Positions 47,858 through 56,146 of a DNA stretch of 64,000 bases are shown one piece after another; the first letter of the stretch is position 1, and the number at the start of each line of letters is the position of its first letter. The position numbers were made by a program, and so were the translations under genes. The notes under the pieces are model-generated. The model saw only the letters and a program-made list of their open reading frames with translations, made no database searches and was not told the DNA's origin. Source of the DNA: Armatimonadota bacterium (GTDB lineage Bacteria; Armatimonadota; Zipacnadia; Zipacnadales; UBA11051); assembly GCA_013178155.1 (NCBI GenBank), contig JABLXH010000018.1:2702-66701 (forward strand), given 5' to 3'.

Positions 47858-48511
47858 CTAGACCGCTCTCAGGCGCATGACTCGGTAGCTCGCCAAAGCC
47901 TCCTTGGCCTCGCTGCACAGCCGGCATACCGCCGTGGCATACCGACCGTCTCGTCCGTAAGTCACCGCGTAGTCGCCGATCCGGGTGGCGGTAACCTCGC
48001 CCGCCTCGCCTCCTGCCGCGCCCAGGATCTCCGCAGCAGTCAGTTTGGCCTGGGCTATCCGGACCGCCTCTGGTACCGCCTCAAAGCCCCAGCTCACCAC
48101 CACCCCCACATTCAGGACCCCCGCCGCAAAGACCCGCAGCCGAGCCTTGCTCGTCAGCCGCAACATCCCCAGTTGCGGATAGGCCGCCCACTCCTCCTCG
48201 GCCAACTCCTCCTCACCCACCGTCACCGTGTGGACCAACGCCGGCGGCCGCACTCCAGCCTCACCCAGCATCAACCGTTCTGTGCCGCTGCCGTCCAGCC
48301 ATACCTCTTCACGCTCATGCCACATGAAGTCTCTTCCCGCATACCGCTCCACTGCCTCGCGGCTGGCCGCCAGCAGCCCACTGATCCGGTCCCGCAACGC
48401 CTCTGGCCCCAGTTCGTCACTCAGGTCGTAGCCCGCCAGCAACTGCTCTACCTCGGTGACGCTGCAGTAAGAGGTCGTGCGCCCGGTCGTGAACACACCC
48501 TCCGCTACCAT
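47858..48511 (-). CDS. Head-tail connector/adaptor (gp6/gp15-like)
   Basis: YCSVTEV, ASREAVERYAGRDF, GFEAVPEAVRIA, RIGDYAVTY, ALASYR. Confidence 0.8.
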   Translation of the reverse strand: MVAEGVFTTGRTTSYCSVTEVEQLLAGYDLSDELGPEALRDRISGLLAASREAVERYAGRDFMWHEREEVWLDGSGTERLMLGEAGVRPPALVHTVTVGEEELAEEEWAAYPQLGMLRLTSKARLRVFAAGVLNVGVVVSWGFEAVPEAVRIAQAKLTAAEILGAAGGEAGEVTATRIGDYAVTYGRDGRYATAVCRLCSEAKEALASYRVMRLRAV

Positions 48512-51500
48512 GTCTCAGACCACACTCCCTCCGAGTTCCGCACCCGCACCTTCCAGAAGTAAGTCGTGTCATCGGACAGCTCCGGTCCCCCAAACTCGAC
48601 CTCTGTCTCCGGGCTTGCCACCACACCGCTGTCCCAGATGTCCCCGGTGTTGGCTGCCAGCAGCTCAGCACTGGACGCCACCAGCACCTGGTACGCCGTC
48701 TGGGGCTTGCCCTGCGGATCGGAGTACCTCCACGAGAGCGCCGGTGTCAGGTCCGTTATGCCCGTGGGATTGATCTGACCCTCCACCCGCAGCTCCGTCG
48801 CCGTTGGCGCTCCCACAGCGTCCCGACCCGCCGCGTACCACGCATAGAGACTGGGCGAAACGTCGGTCGCCAGCGGCCGCTGCAGCACAAAGCGCAACCG
48901 CACCTCCTCCGCGGTCACGTGGTTGAGTGACACCCCGCCCCACGACACCACCTGCTCCACGCCCGGCCCCAGCACGTCACAGTCCTCGGCCCCAAATCCC
49001 GCCAGCGGCTCCTCCGTGCGCGGGTCAATCACCTCCACCCGCACGCTCCCCGCCCCTGGTTCGCAGTTCACCAGCAATCGGGACCAACCGCTGCTCGGCC
49101 TCTGCAGTACCGGCGTCTCCAGGAACCCGGTTACCGCCCCCGCCGCCAGCTCGTAGTACGTCTCCCGGTCACGCCCAATGTGCGCCATATTCAGACCGGT
49201 GCCGGCGTAGTAGTACAGAACCAGCTTGTCCCCCAGCAGAAACGAAGTCCGCACCGGCCCCCCGGCCAGGAACTCTTCATCCACCGGCTGGAAGTGCCGG
49301 TCATCCTCCGTCGCCCAGAGCCTGAGGTAGCTCCCAAAGGACAACACGTACAGCGTCGTGAAGTCGTCCGACACGGGCCGCGGGTGTAGCTCGTACAGAT
49401 CCGCCGCTGCCAGAGGGCTCAGCAGATTGCCGTGCGGCAGCAGGAAGAAGCTCCTGAGGTCTCCGCTCGTCCACCCGGCGAGCGGGCGCCGGTTGTAGCT
49501 GAGGTAGTCCCCCGACATCAGCATCGTCTTGAACCGACTGTAGCCCACAAAACGACGCTCTGGTCTCGAAGCATAGGGATTGTGCGCCACCATCCAGTCC
49601 GCGTCCCGGTTGCCCCACAGGCAGATGCTGCCACCGTCCGCCGACAGCTTCTCCGTGCCGCCCATGCCCGGCAGCAACGGGTTCTCCGTCCACCAGTGTT
49701 TCTCCCAGTCAAAGCTCCAGCGGTCCTGCGCGCCCACCAGCGCCCTGATCCAGTAGTGATCCGGATTTGCCTCCGTCCCCCCCTGCAGCATCGTCCAGGA
49801 CCCATCCGGCATCCCCAGCACCGTCGCGATCCCCGGGCTCTCCAGACCCCAGGTCGCGTCCCGGGTGCTCCATGGTCGCACGTCCTCCGGACTCAGGAAG
49901 GGATTCTGCCGTCCTGCGGGAGGGGTCTCGTCAGCCCACGACACCCGTGACCGGGTCGCATCCCAGGTTCCGACCAGATAGCCCCCTCGCCACACGCCTC
50001 CGGGGTCCGTGCCTCCCACCAGCACCGTCACCCGGTCCAGAAGCTCCTGGGGCTGCACGACCGAGTGCAACTCCGCCGTGTGCCGCCAAGTCCCCGCCGC
50101 CCGCAGGTCCGCCTCCACACCCGCAGGATCCGGGTCAACGACCGGCTTGGCCGATCTCCAGACCACACCCTCCTGGCGCCACACCCGGCTACTCTGACCA
50201 GTGTCCACGTCTCGCACCAGGAAACTGTCCCCCAGCTCGAAACCCCGCCCCAGCGCGGAGTCCTCGGGAGCCATTGTCTGGTACCCGCCGGGCCCCTCGA
50301 TGGTCAGGCTCTCCAGCCGGATATCGCATTGATAGCTCGCCGGCACCGGGTGGCTGATGCTTCGCCCAAACATCATGTACCGCCCAAGCGGGTCACTCCG
50401 GTAGTTTGTCAGCGTCATCAGCGCCGACCGACCACGCTCATACCGCACCAGCGTAGTGCTCTTGTCCGCGCTATAGACACACTCCAGCTCCAGCCACGGA
50501 CGATCGGTGCTGTAAGACTCCCACAACCACGCCTCCAGATTCTGCTGCTCATTCAGGGGCGTCGCCGATGCGAGCAGGCGCCCCCGGTGATCCACAACTC
50601 CCTTGTCGCCGGCCGCTGGCACTCCCGCCAACGCCCCGCTCACAGTGATCACGCCGGTCGCCGCCGTGTAGCCCGTCACCTTCAGCCGACACCCCGCCTG
50701 CGCCCCCGTCCGCATCGTCAGCTCTGCGCCAACCCAGTAGCCATCCCCACGGTTTGGCAGGTTCGTCTTGAACCGGGACGCCGTGTTCCCCGCATCGGCC
50801 ACCACCGCGAACAGCTCTCCGGTACCCCAGGTCCCGAAGTTGTTCCCGAGTTGGCCTCCAGCCACGTAGCACAGGGGACCCAGCGTGATCTGCGTCCCCA
50901 CCGGGTTCGTCTCCGCCGGGCAGTTCACGCGCATCCGAATCGTCGCCGGACACGCCATGTGAAACGGGTTGATCCATTCCCGCAGCCACCCTACGCCTTG
51001 CCCCGTGCTGCTGCCTCCATATAGCTGACTGACTTGCACCTGGCCGTAACGGGCGTGGTTGGTCAGCGTCGTGTAGGCGCTCGCCCCCGCATGCGTAATG
51101 GGGGTCAGCACCGCCTGCAGCGGAACGCGGTCATCGGGCGTGTTGTCATGCCGAGGCATGCCGATATTGAAATGGTGTCTGACGCCTCGCGCCCGTGACC
51201 CATCGTCCAGCCGGCAGAACTCATCCCAATCCGCACTGCCAACCTCCCAGTACGCCGTGGCGTCGCCACCAGCTATCTCCGCATCGTAGCTGCCGTCGAA
51301 GGTCGCCAACAGGGTCAGTTGCCCCGTGCCATCGCTCTCCCGGATCAGTCGTCGGCGCCGGTTCTGCCTCGTGGCCCACGAGTTGGCGCCCCCCAGGATC
51401 GCGTCATGCTGCGCCTTCGTCATCACGCCGTCCCAGACTGCGAAGTTGTCGTAGCACCCGTTCACCGCTTCCGCCGTCTCCGTGGCTCCCGGGCCCAGGT

Positions 51501-51912
51501 ACAGCTTCGCCGCCTCCACCACGGGTGCCGAAGCGTTGTTTACCTGCGCCGGCGCCTCAACCCCATTCACATACACTCGCAACTGCCCGGCCCCTGGCGT
51601 CGTGAAATCCCACGTACAGGTCACCGGCATCCAGTGGTTCCTGTCGCGCCACGGGTAGTTGGGCCAGCTAACCCACCACGAAGTGCCGCCTGACCGACAC
51701 TCGAAACCCAGCGAATCTGCCCCGAACACACCGAAGCGCAGATAGTTGTTGCTGTCGCCCACGGCCTTCCATAGCGGACGCCACGACGGATAGTCCGGGG
51801 AGGCATGGAACCAGAAGAACACCGTCCCCTGGCTGCCCGGTCCGATCCTGATGTTGCCCGGACCCGAGTAATAGAACCCCGGCTTGCCCACATACAGAAA
51901 CTGCTTCCTCAT
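48505..51912 (-). CDS. 1136-aa LamG/ConA + beta-propeller-like + GH78-N-type Ig domain protein (candidate head fibre/spike)
   Basis: LamG motifs (GTVFFWF, WMPVTCTWD, LRVYVNG, GCYDNFAVWD); LLVNC..GSVRVEVID..PLAGF..DC..VSW..VRLRF; terminal LRVEGQINPTGI..PALSW..QTAYQVLVASS..GDIWDSG..YFWKVRV. Confidence 0.6.
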   Translation of the reverse strand: MRKQFLYVGKPGFYYSGPGNIRIGPGSQGTVFFWFHASPDYPSWRPLWKAVGDSNNYLRFGVFGADSLGFECRSGGTSWWVSWPNYPWRDRNHWMPVTCTWDFTTPGAGQLRVYVNGVEAPAQVNNASAPVVEAAKLYLGPGATETAEAVNGCYDNFAVWDGVMTKAQHDAILGGANSWATRQNRRRRLIRESDGTGQLTLLATFDGSYDAEIAGGDATAYWEVGSADWDEFCRLDDGSRARGVRHHFNIGMPRHDNTPDDRVPLQAVLTPITHAGASAYTTLTNHARYGQVQVSQLYGGSSTGQGVGWLREWINPFHMACPATIRMRVNCPAETNPVGTQITLGPLCYVAGGQLGNNFGTWGTGELFAVVADAGNTASRFKTNLPNRGDGYWVGAELTMRTGAQAGCRLKVTGYTAATGVITVSGALAGVPAAGDKGVVDHRGRLLASATPLNEQQNLEAWLWESYSTDRPWLELECVYSADKSTTLVRYERGRSALMTLTNYRSDPLGRYMMFGRSISHPVPASYQCDIRLESLTIEGPGGYQTMAPEDSALGRGFELGDSFLVRDVDTGQSSRVWRQEGVVWRSAKPVVDPDPAGVEADLRAAGTWRHTAELHSVVQPQELLDRVTVLVGGTDPGGVWRGGYLVGTWDATRSRVSWADETPPAGRQNPFLSPEDVRPWSTRDATWGLESPGIATVLGMPDGSWTMLQGGTEANPDHYWIRALVGAQDRWSFDWEKHWWTENPLLPGMGGTEKLSADGGSICLWGNRDADWMVAHNPYASRPERRFVGYSRFKTMLMSGDYLSYNRRPLAGWTSGDLRSFFLLPHGNLLSPLAAADLYELHPRPVSDDFTTLYVLSFGSYLRLWATEDDRHFQPVDEEFLAGGPVRTSFLLGDKLVLYYYAGTGLNMAHIGRDRETYYELAAGAVTGFLETPVLQRPSSGWSRLLVNCEPGAGSVRVEVIDPRTEEPLAGFGAEDCDVLGPGVEQVVSWGGVSLNHVTAEEVRLRFVLQRPLATDVSPSLYAWYAAGRDAVGAPTATELRVEGQINPTGITDLTPALSWRYSDPQGKPQTAYQVLVASSAELLAANTGDIWDSGVVASPETEVEFGGPELSDDTTYFWKVRVRNSEGVWSETW

Positions 51913-52067
51913 CCCAACCTCCCCATCAGTACTCGTCCTGCCACCCCAGACGGTCAGGGCGGCGAGCCTCCACCTCCGCCCGCCGCCCGTCACCTCTACA
52001 GACAGCGCCGCATGTCCCACCGCCTTCGGTAGGAGCGGCCACGAGACTGCGATGCCCTCCCGCCCCT

Positions 52068-52106
52068 CCCCCCTCTCCACCCTGTGGAGAGGTGCCGGGG
52101 GTGAGG
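52068..52106. repeat. REP-like hairpin copy 2
   Basis: CCTCTCCAC-CCT-GTGGAGAGG-TGCCGGGGGTGAGG, a few nt downstream of the capsid gene stop. Confidence 0.85.
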
Positions 52107-52112
52107 TGCCGT

Positions 52113-53051
52113 CTAGCTCTTCGCCACGTTCACGGCCACCACCATCGCATCCGGGTTCTCGATGGCCACCGCCACCCGAGTCGTGATCGCATACACATTC
52201 ACGCCCCGCAGGATGTCCTTGTCCTTGTCAATGCGGATCTCCCGATGGATACCAAACACCAGGTTCTCACGCGGCGTCAGAAACCCGTAGCTCAGGTTCG
52301 TCCCCACGTGACCAAGGATCCCGCTGAGGTTGGTCGGAATGACCGGCACCGACACCACGGGCACCCCCATGTACGGCGGCACCTCACCACCAAGCAATGC
52401 CTTGTCCCCCAGCGACGTGCCCCGGTCGGCAAAGGTGTCATGCCAATCCTGCGCTGCCGCCGGCGCAAAGTAGAACCGCAGGTCCTTGTAGTTGCGCTTG
52501 TACTTGTCCGGCAGCGCCCGGAACATCGCCCCAAGGCCCGACTTGTCCAGCGTTGCCCCCTCCAGGTCCACCACGTGCCCGTCATCCGCCAGCACCCGCC
52601 AGCCGTCCAGCCCCGACAGGAACGGATCAGCGGAGTTCGTGTCACCGTGCACCGCCAGCTCCTCCAGGTCCGTGGCCGTCTGCTTGGCCATCACCCGCAC
52701 CACCGTGCTCTCCAGACCATCGCCCTCGATGCTGTCCTCCAGCGCCTCAAAGGTGATCTCAAACGGGGTGATGACGTCCGTCGCCCGTAGTATCACCTTC
52801 CCGAACGCTGGCTCGCTCAACGTGGCCGGAGCCACTCCCTCATTCTTGAGTTGGCTCACACGCCCCGTGGTCGCGATAGTGTCCAGCTCGGTCACCGCCG
52901 AGCGCATCCGCACCACGCGCACTTCCTTCAGCATTACCGACTGGTCCACTACCAGGTCCGTGAACCGTTTGGCCTGCTCAGTCCCCAGCAACCCACCGTC
53001 CGCCAGATCCGTCGTGTCCACGGCCTTCTGCAGCATCTCGTCTACTGTCAC
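52113..53051 (-). CDS. Major capsid protein, HK97 fold (PBSX XkdG-like)
   Basis: 312 aa; GGLL..EQA..F, ITFEALEDSIE, DLEELAVHGDTNSADPFLSGLDG, ADRGTSLGD, REIRIDKDKDI closely resemble B. subtilis PBSX XkdG as I recall it. Confidence 0.88.
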   Translation of the reverse strand: MTVDEMLQKAVDTTDLADGGLLGTEQAKRFTDLVVDQSVMLKEVRVVRMRSAVTELDTIATTGRVSQLKNEGVAPATLSEPAFGKVILRATDVITPFEITFEALEDSIEGDGLESTVVRVMAKQTATDLEELAVHGDTNSADPFLSGLDGWRVLADDGHVVDLEGATLDKSGLGAMFRALPDKYKRNYKDLRFYFAPAAAQDWHDTFADRGTSLGDKALLGGEVPPYMGVPVVSVPVIPTNLSGILGHVGTNLSYGFLTPRENLVFGIHREIRIDKDKDILRGVNVYAITTRVAVAIENPDAMVVAVNVAKS

Positions 53052-53492
53052 TCACAGCACCCCTTCCCAGATCTCGTCTGCCGTCAGTAGTCGCGCCCGC
53101 TGGCCGCGCAGCCCCTGCGGGACCCCTGGACGCGTTACCTCCTCTGCCGTCCGGTCAGCCTCGGCCGCCCTGCTCTTGGTCAGAGCGTCCGTATCCGGGT
53201 TCTCCCTCCACTCGCTGACCGCCTCGACCAACTGCGCCTCGCTACCACCTTGCCCCACGCCATACGCCGCCTCCACCGCCGCCACGCGCTCACTCAGCTG
53301 TCTGACCTGTTCTGCCAGTCCTGCCAGTCCGTCACCACCGCACCCCCCGCCGCAACCGCCCTCATCCACGTTGTTCGCCAGGGCCGGCTGACCCAGACTC
53401 GCCTCGTAGCCTCCCTCACTATCCCGCGGCCCGGCCACCGGGCGGCGAGACCTCCTCATCCACCACCAGAGCGCCCTCAGCCAGCCGCGCAT
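53052..53492 (-). CDS. Putative scaffold protein (XkdF C-terminus-like)
   Basis: Coiled coil LAEQVRQLSERVAAVE; ends IWEGVL immediately before the capsid gene; GAGGTGG RBS. Confidence 0.55.
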   Translation of the reverse strand: MRGWLRALWWWMRRSRRPVAGPRDSEGGYEASLGQPALANNVDEGGCGGGCGGDGLAGLAEQVRQLSERVAAVEAAYGVGQGGSEAQLVEAVSEWRENPDTDALTKSRAAEADRTAEEVTRPGVPQGLRGQRARLLTADEIWEGVL

Positions 53493-53968
53493 CCGCTTCC
53501 CACCTCGCCCTGCCCCCTCTCCCGCTCCGTCCTCGCCGCCGACACCAGGGTCTCCACCCACGTCTCCGGGTTCTGTGCCTCACTGCTGTGGCAGACCGCC
53601 ACATGGTCCAGCTCCGCCATCTCCACCTTGCGCACCCGCCGCCCCGTCCGGACGTCCATCTCGTATGTCACCTCGCGGACGCGCCCTCCCACGCTCAGCC
53701 TGCGACCCCGCAGGCGCACCAGCCCGCGCTTCAGCCGACCCTCGACCCGCAGCTTGCCATCCTCCACCCAGCAACGCTCCACGACCCCGATCGCTCGGCC
53801 GCCGTGGCGCTCAAGCAGTGGCACCGGCTGCGCCGCCGCCAGGCTTTCCAGAGCTGCCTCTGTCATGCAGTCGCCCTGACGGTCCACTGCGGTCGTCGCG
53901 GCGACCCCCTGAAACCGCACTGCCGTGCGATTACCCCGCCCAGCTCTCAGCAGCACCGCAAAGCCCAT
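53477..53968 (-). CDS. Prohead (capsid maturation) protease
   Basis: GVAATTAVDRQGD, LLERH, LSVGG (catalytic Ser), ELDHVAV..AQNP; GGAGG RBS. Confidence 0.75.
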   Translation of the reverse strand: MGFAVLLRAGRGNRTAVRFQGVAATTAVDRQGDCMTEAALESLAAAQPVPLLERHGGRAIGVVERCWVEDGKLRVEGRLKRGLVRLRGRRLSVGGRVREVTYEMDVRTGRRVRKVEMAELDHVAVCHSSEAQNPETWVETLVSAARTERERGQGEVGSGCAAG

Positions 53969-54025
53969 GCGGCCTCCGCTGCCCTCACTCACTCCCCGTC
54001 TGGCCAACCCTCACTCCCCTCCCCG

Positions 54026-54060
54026 AAACAGCAAGCGGCCCACTCTCCCGAGTGAGCCGC
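54026..54060 (-). terminator. Intrinsic-terminator-like hairpin between portal and protease genes
   Basis: Minus strand GCGGCTCACTC-GGGA-GAGTGGGCCGC followed by TTGCTGTTT. Confidence 0.5.
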
Positions 54061-54144
54061 AATGATCAACGTTCATCCTCGCCTTGTCTGCCCGACGTGC
54101 CGCCGCAGTGGCCCGACGTGATTCACCAACCTCAATCTCTCACT

Positions 54145-54184
54145 CGCCCTCTGCACCCGGTGGTGAGGGGGCCAGGAAGTGAGG
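54145..54184. repeat. REP-like hairpin copy 3 (degenerate)
   Basis: CCCTCTGCAC-CCG-GTGGTGAGGG-GGCCAGGAAGTGAGG next to the portal stop. Confidence 0.65.
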
Positions 54185-54186
54185 CC

Positions 54187-55398
54187 CTATCCCAGCGGCG
54201 CCAACCCCATCTTGCCCCGAATCTCGTCTACCGTCAGCGCCCCAATGCCTGCGTATACCGCGGCCACCTCGGCCTCTTCCTTCGCCTCCGACAGATCGAG
54301 TTCGTTGAACCGAAATGCCCAGTCGCCAATCCCCAACTGTTCCGCAATCAGCCGGTTGAACCGGTACTCCACCCGCCGCTGCTCGGGCCGCACCACTTGC
54401 TCCCGGAACGTCTTGTCCTGGTCTTTGCTGTTGGCCAGGTTGGCGTTCTCAATAACCGTCACCTTGCTCGGCGGCACGCGATGAACCAGCAGCACCTCGT
54501 CTCGATTCGCCCGCCGGTAGTCCAGGAACGCCGCGTCCTCCTGACCCCCCGCTGTCAGTTTCTCCAGACGCACCCGCGTCTCTCGCCCCGGCACCTCGAG
54601 CACCAGCGTCTTGTGCCCCTGCCCCTTCACCTCGCTTTGCATGAAGTGGCGCAGTTGCTCCAGAACCTCCTCTGACAACTGACCACCCTCCACGATGATC
54701 GCCATCCGGGGCACCGCGTTATGGGTGAAAAAGTCCACGTTGTACTCTCGGGCCGCCTTGTCCCCCAGTACCGCCGATACCGCGGGCACAATGTCTGGCA
54801 CTCCATAGTAGCTGGACATCGGCGTGTACTTCATGAAGTGCAGCATCTCGTTTTGCACCAGCCCGCTCTCCGGGTCAATCTCCTCCGGTCCACCAACCAT
54901 CCGGAACCGCCGCCGCTGACCCTCGCGTTCCTGGACGAACCCCTTCCGGTCCGCGCGCACGCGCACAGTTGTCGCCGGCACATGGTACATCCCGTCCAGT
55001 TGGCCCCGGCTGTTGCGCGTCAATTCCATATACCCGTTGCCAACGCACTCCACGTCCGTCCACACCGCTCGCATGACCTCCGTGAAGGTCATGTCTGGAT
55101 TGCAGGTGGCAAAGAGATGCTCCAGCACTGCCAGGTTCTCCGCCGAAGCCTCTCGCTCATCCCCGACAGGCACGAAGCGGTATCCCAGACCCACGATGTT
55201 GGTAGCCTTGGCATCAACGCACGCCTTGTGGGCCGCATTGGTCTCATACAGCGAGGCCAGCGCCTCCAGATCATACGGCGGCTGCACAACCTCTCCGGTT
55301 GCGTAAGCTTCACTCCACACCGCCTCTGGTAGCTGCTGACTACGCCCACCGACCGTCTCACCGACCACCCTCGCCTTAATCAGCTCATCAATCGCCAT
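54187..55398 (-). CDS. Phage portal protein (PBSX XkdE-like family)
   Basis: VQPPYDLEAL, NIVGLGY, GNGYME, HVPATTVR, YYGVPD, FFTHNAVP, DAAFLDYR, HRVPP, LTVDEIRGKMGLAP. Confidence 0.9.
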   Translation of the reverse strand: MAIDELIKARVVGETVGGRSQQLPEAVWSEAYATGEVVQPPYDLEALASLYETNAAHKACVDAKATNIVGLGYRFVPVGDEREASAENLAVLEHLFATCNPDMTFTEVMRAVWTDVECVGNGYMELTRNSRGQLDGMYHVPATTVRVRADRKGFVQEREGQRRRFRMVGGPEEIDPESGLVQNEMLHFMKYTPMSSYYGVPDIVPAVSAVLGDKAAREYNVDFFTHNAVPRMAIIVEGGQLSEEVLEQLRHFMQSEVKGQGHKTLVLEVPGRETRVRLEKLTAGGQEDAAFLDYRRANRDEVLLVHRVPPSKVTVIENANLANSKDQDKTFREQVVRPEQRRVEYRFNRLIAEQLGIGDWAFRFNELDLSEAKEEAEVAAVYAGIGALTVDEIRGKMGLAPLG

Positions 55399-55526
55399 GC
55401 CTCCAACCTCCGCTACGTTGCCCATCACTCGCCCGGCCCGCCGGCCACCGACCCCGTCCGCCCTCGCCTCCCGCCTCTTGCCGTCTGGAGAGGCCGGACC
55501 TGTCCGGCCTGCCGTCACACCTTTCT

Positions 55527-55617
55527 CCCCTCTCCACTGTGTGGAGAGGGGCCGGGTGTGCGCCTTGCCCTTGCCGTCCCCCCTCTCCACTCTGCGGAAA
55601 GAGAACCAGGGGTGAGG
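55527..55617. repeat. REP-like hairpin copies 4 and 5 (tandem)
   Basis: CCCCTCTCCAC-TGT-GTGGAGAGGGG-CCGGGTGTG (55527-60) and a degenerate copy at 55578-55617 ending GGGGTGAGG. Confidence 0.85.
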
Positions 55618-56052
55618 TCACACCTCACTCTCCTTCACCCACGTCTCACCATCATCCACACTCACGTACACATCGATCGCCGGCGCCCTCTGGACAGCGA
55701 CCACCAGCGGTCGCCCTTGGGTGTCCACCTTGACCAGCCCCGCCCGTGCCTCATCCGCTGGCGACGCCACCAGCCGCTCCTCGCTCCCGTCGGCAAACCT
55801 TAGCCACGTCTGACACCCATCGGCACTCTTCCGCAGATACTGCCCGCCGCCGCGATACCCTACCACGTACCAGATCCCCCCATACTCCACCATCACCGGA
55901 TGGCTCAGCCCTGTCACCTCACCCACCTCGCTCCCCTCCCCGCCGTCGCCGTACGCCACGCACCATAGGCCATCGCCGTTGCCCTCTTGTTTTTCTCTTA
56001 TGCGCCTGATATGCGCCTGACCCAAACTCCCGGAGCGATGAGGCTCCGTCAT
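55618..56052 (-). CDS. Small Asp-box (BNR) repeat protein
   Basis: Two Asp-boxes, SADGCQTW and SVDDGETW; lies between terminase and portal. Confidence 0.6.
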   Translation of the reverse strand: MTEPHRSGSLGQAHIRRIREKQEGNGDGLWCVAYGDGGEGSEVGEVTGLSHPVMVEYGGIWYVVGYRGGGQYLRKSADGCQTWLRFADGSEERLVASPADEARAGLVKVDTQGRPLVVAVQRAPAIDVYVSVDDGETWVKESEV

Positions 56053-56110
56053 GCTGTTCCCCGCTCTCCCGCCGGGGTTGGGGTCGGAGTGTCACCCCCT
56101 CGCCTTTCTT

Positions 56111-56146
56111 CCCTCTCCACCCTGTGAAGAAGGGCCGGGGGTGAGG
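56111..56146. repeat. REP-like hairpin copy 6
   Basis: CCCTCTCCAC-CCT-GTGAAGAAGGG-CCGGGGGTGAGG abutting the terminase stop codon. Confidence 0.8.

Noticed and set aside
53052-54007. Frameshifted protease-scaffold pseudogene
   Set aside because: The second ORF has its own RBS and ATG at 53492 overlapping the protease end by 16 nt, consistent with two coupled genes; not fully excluded.
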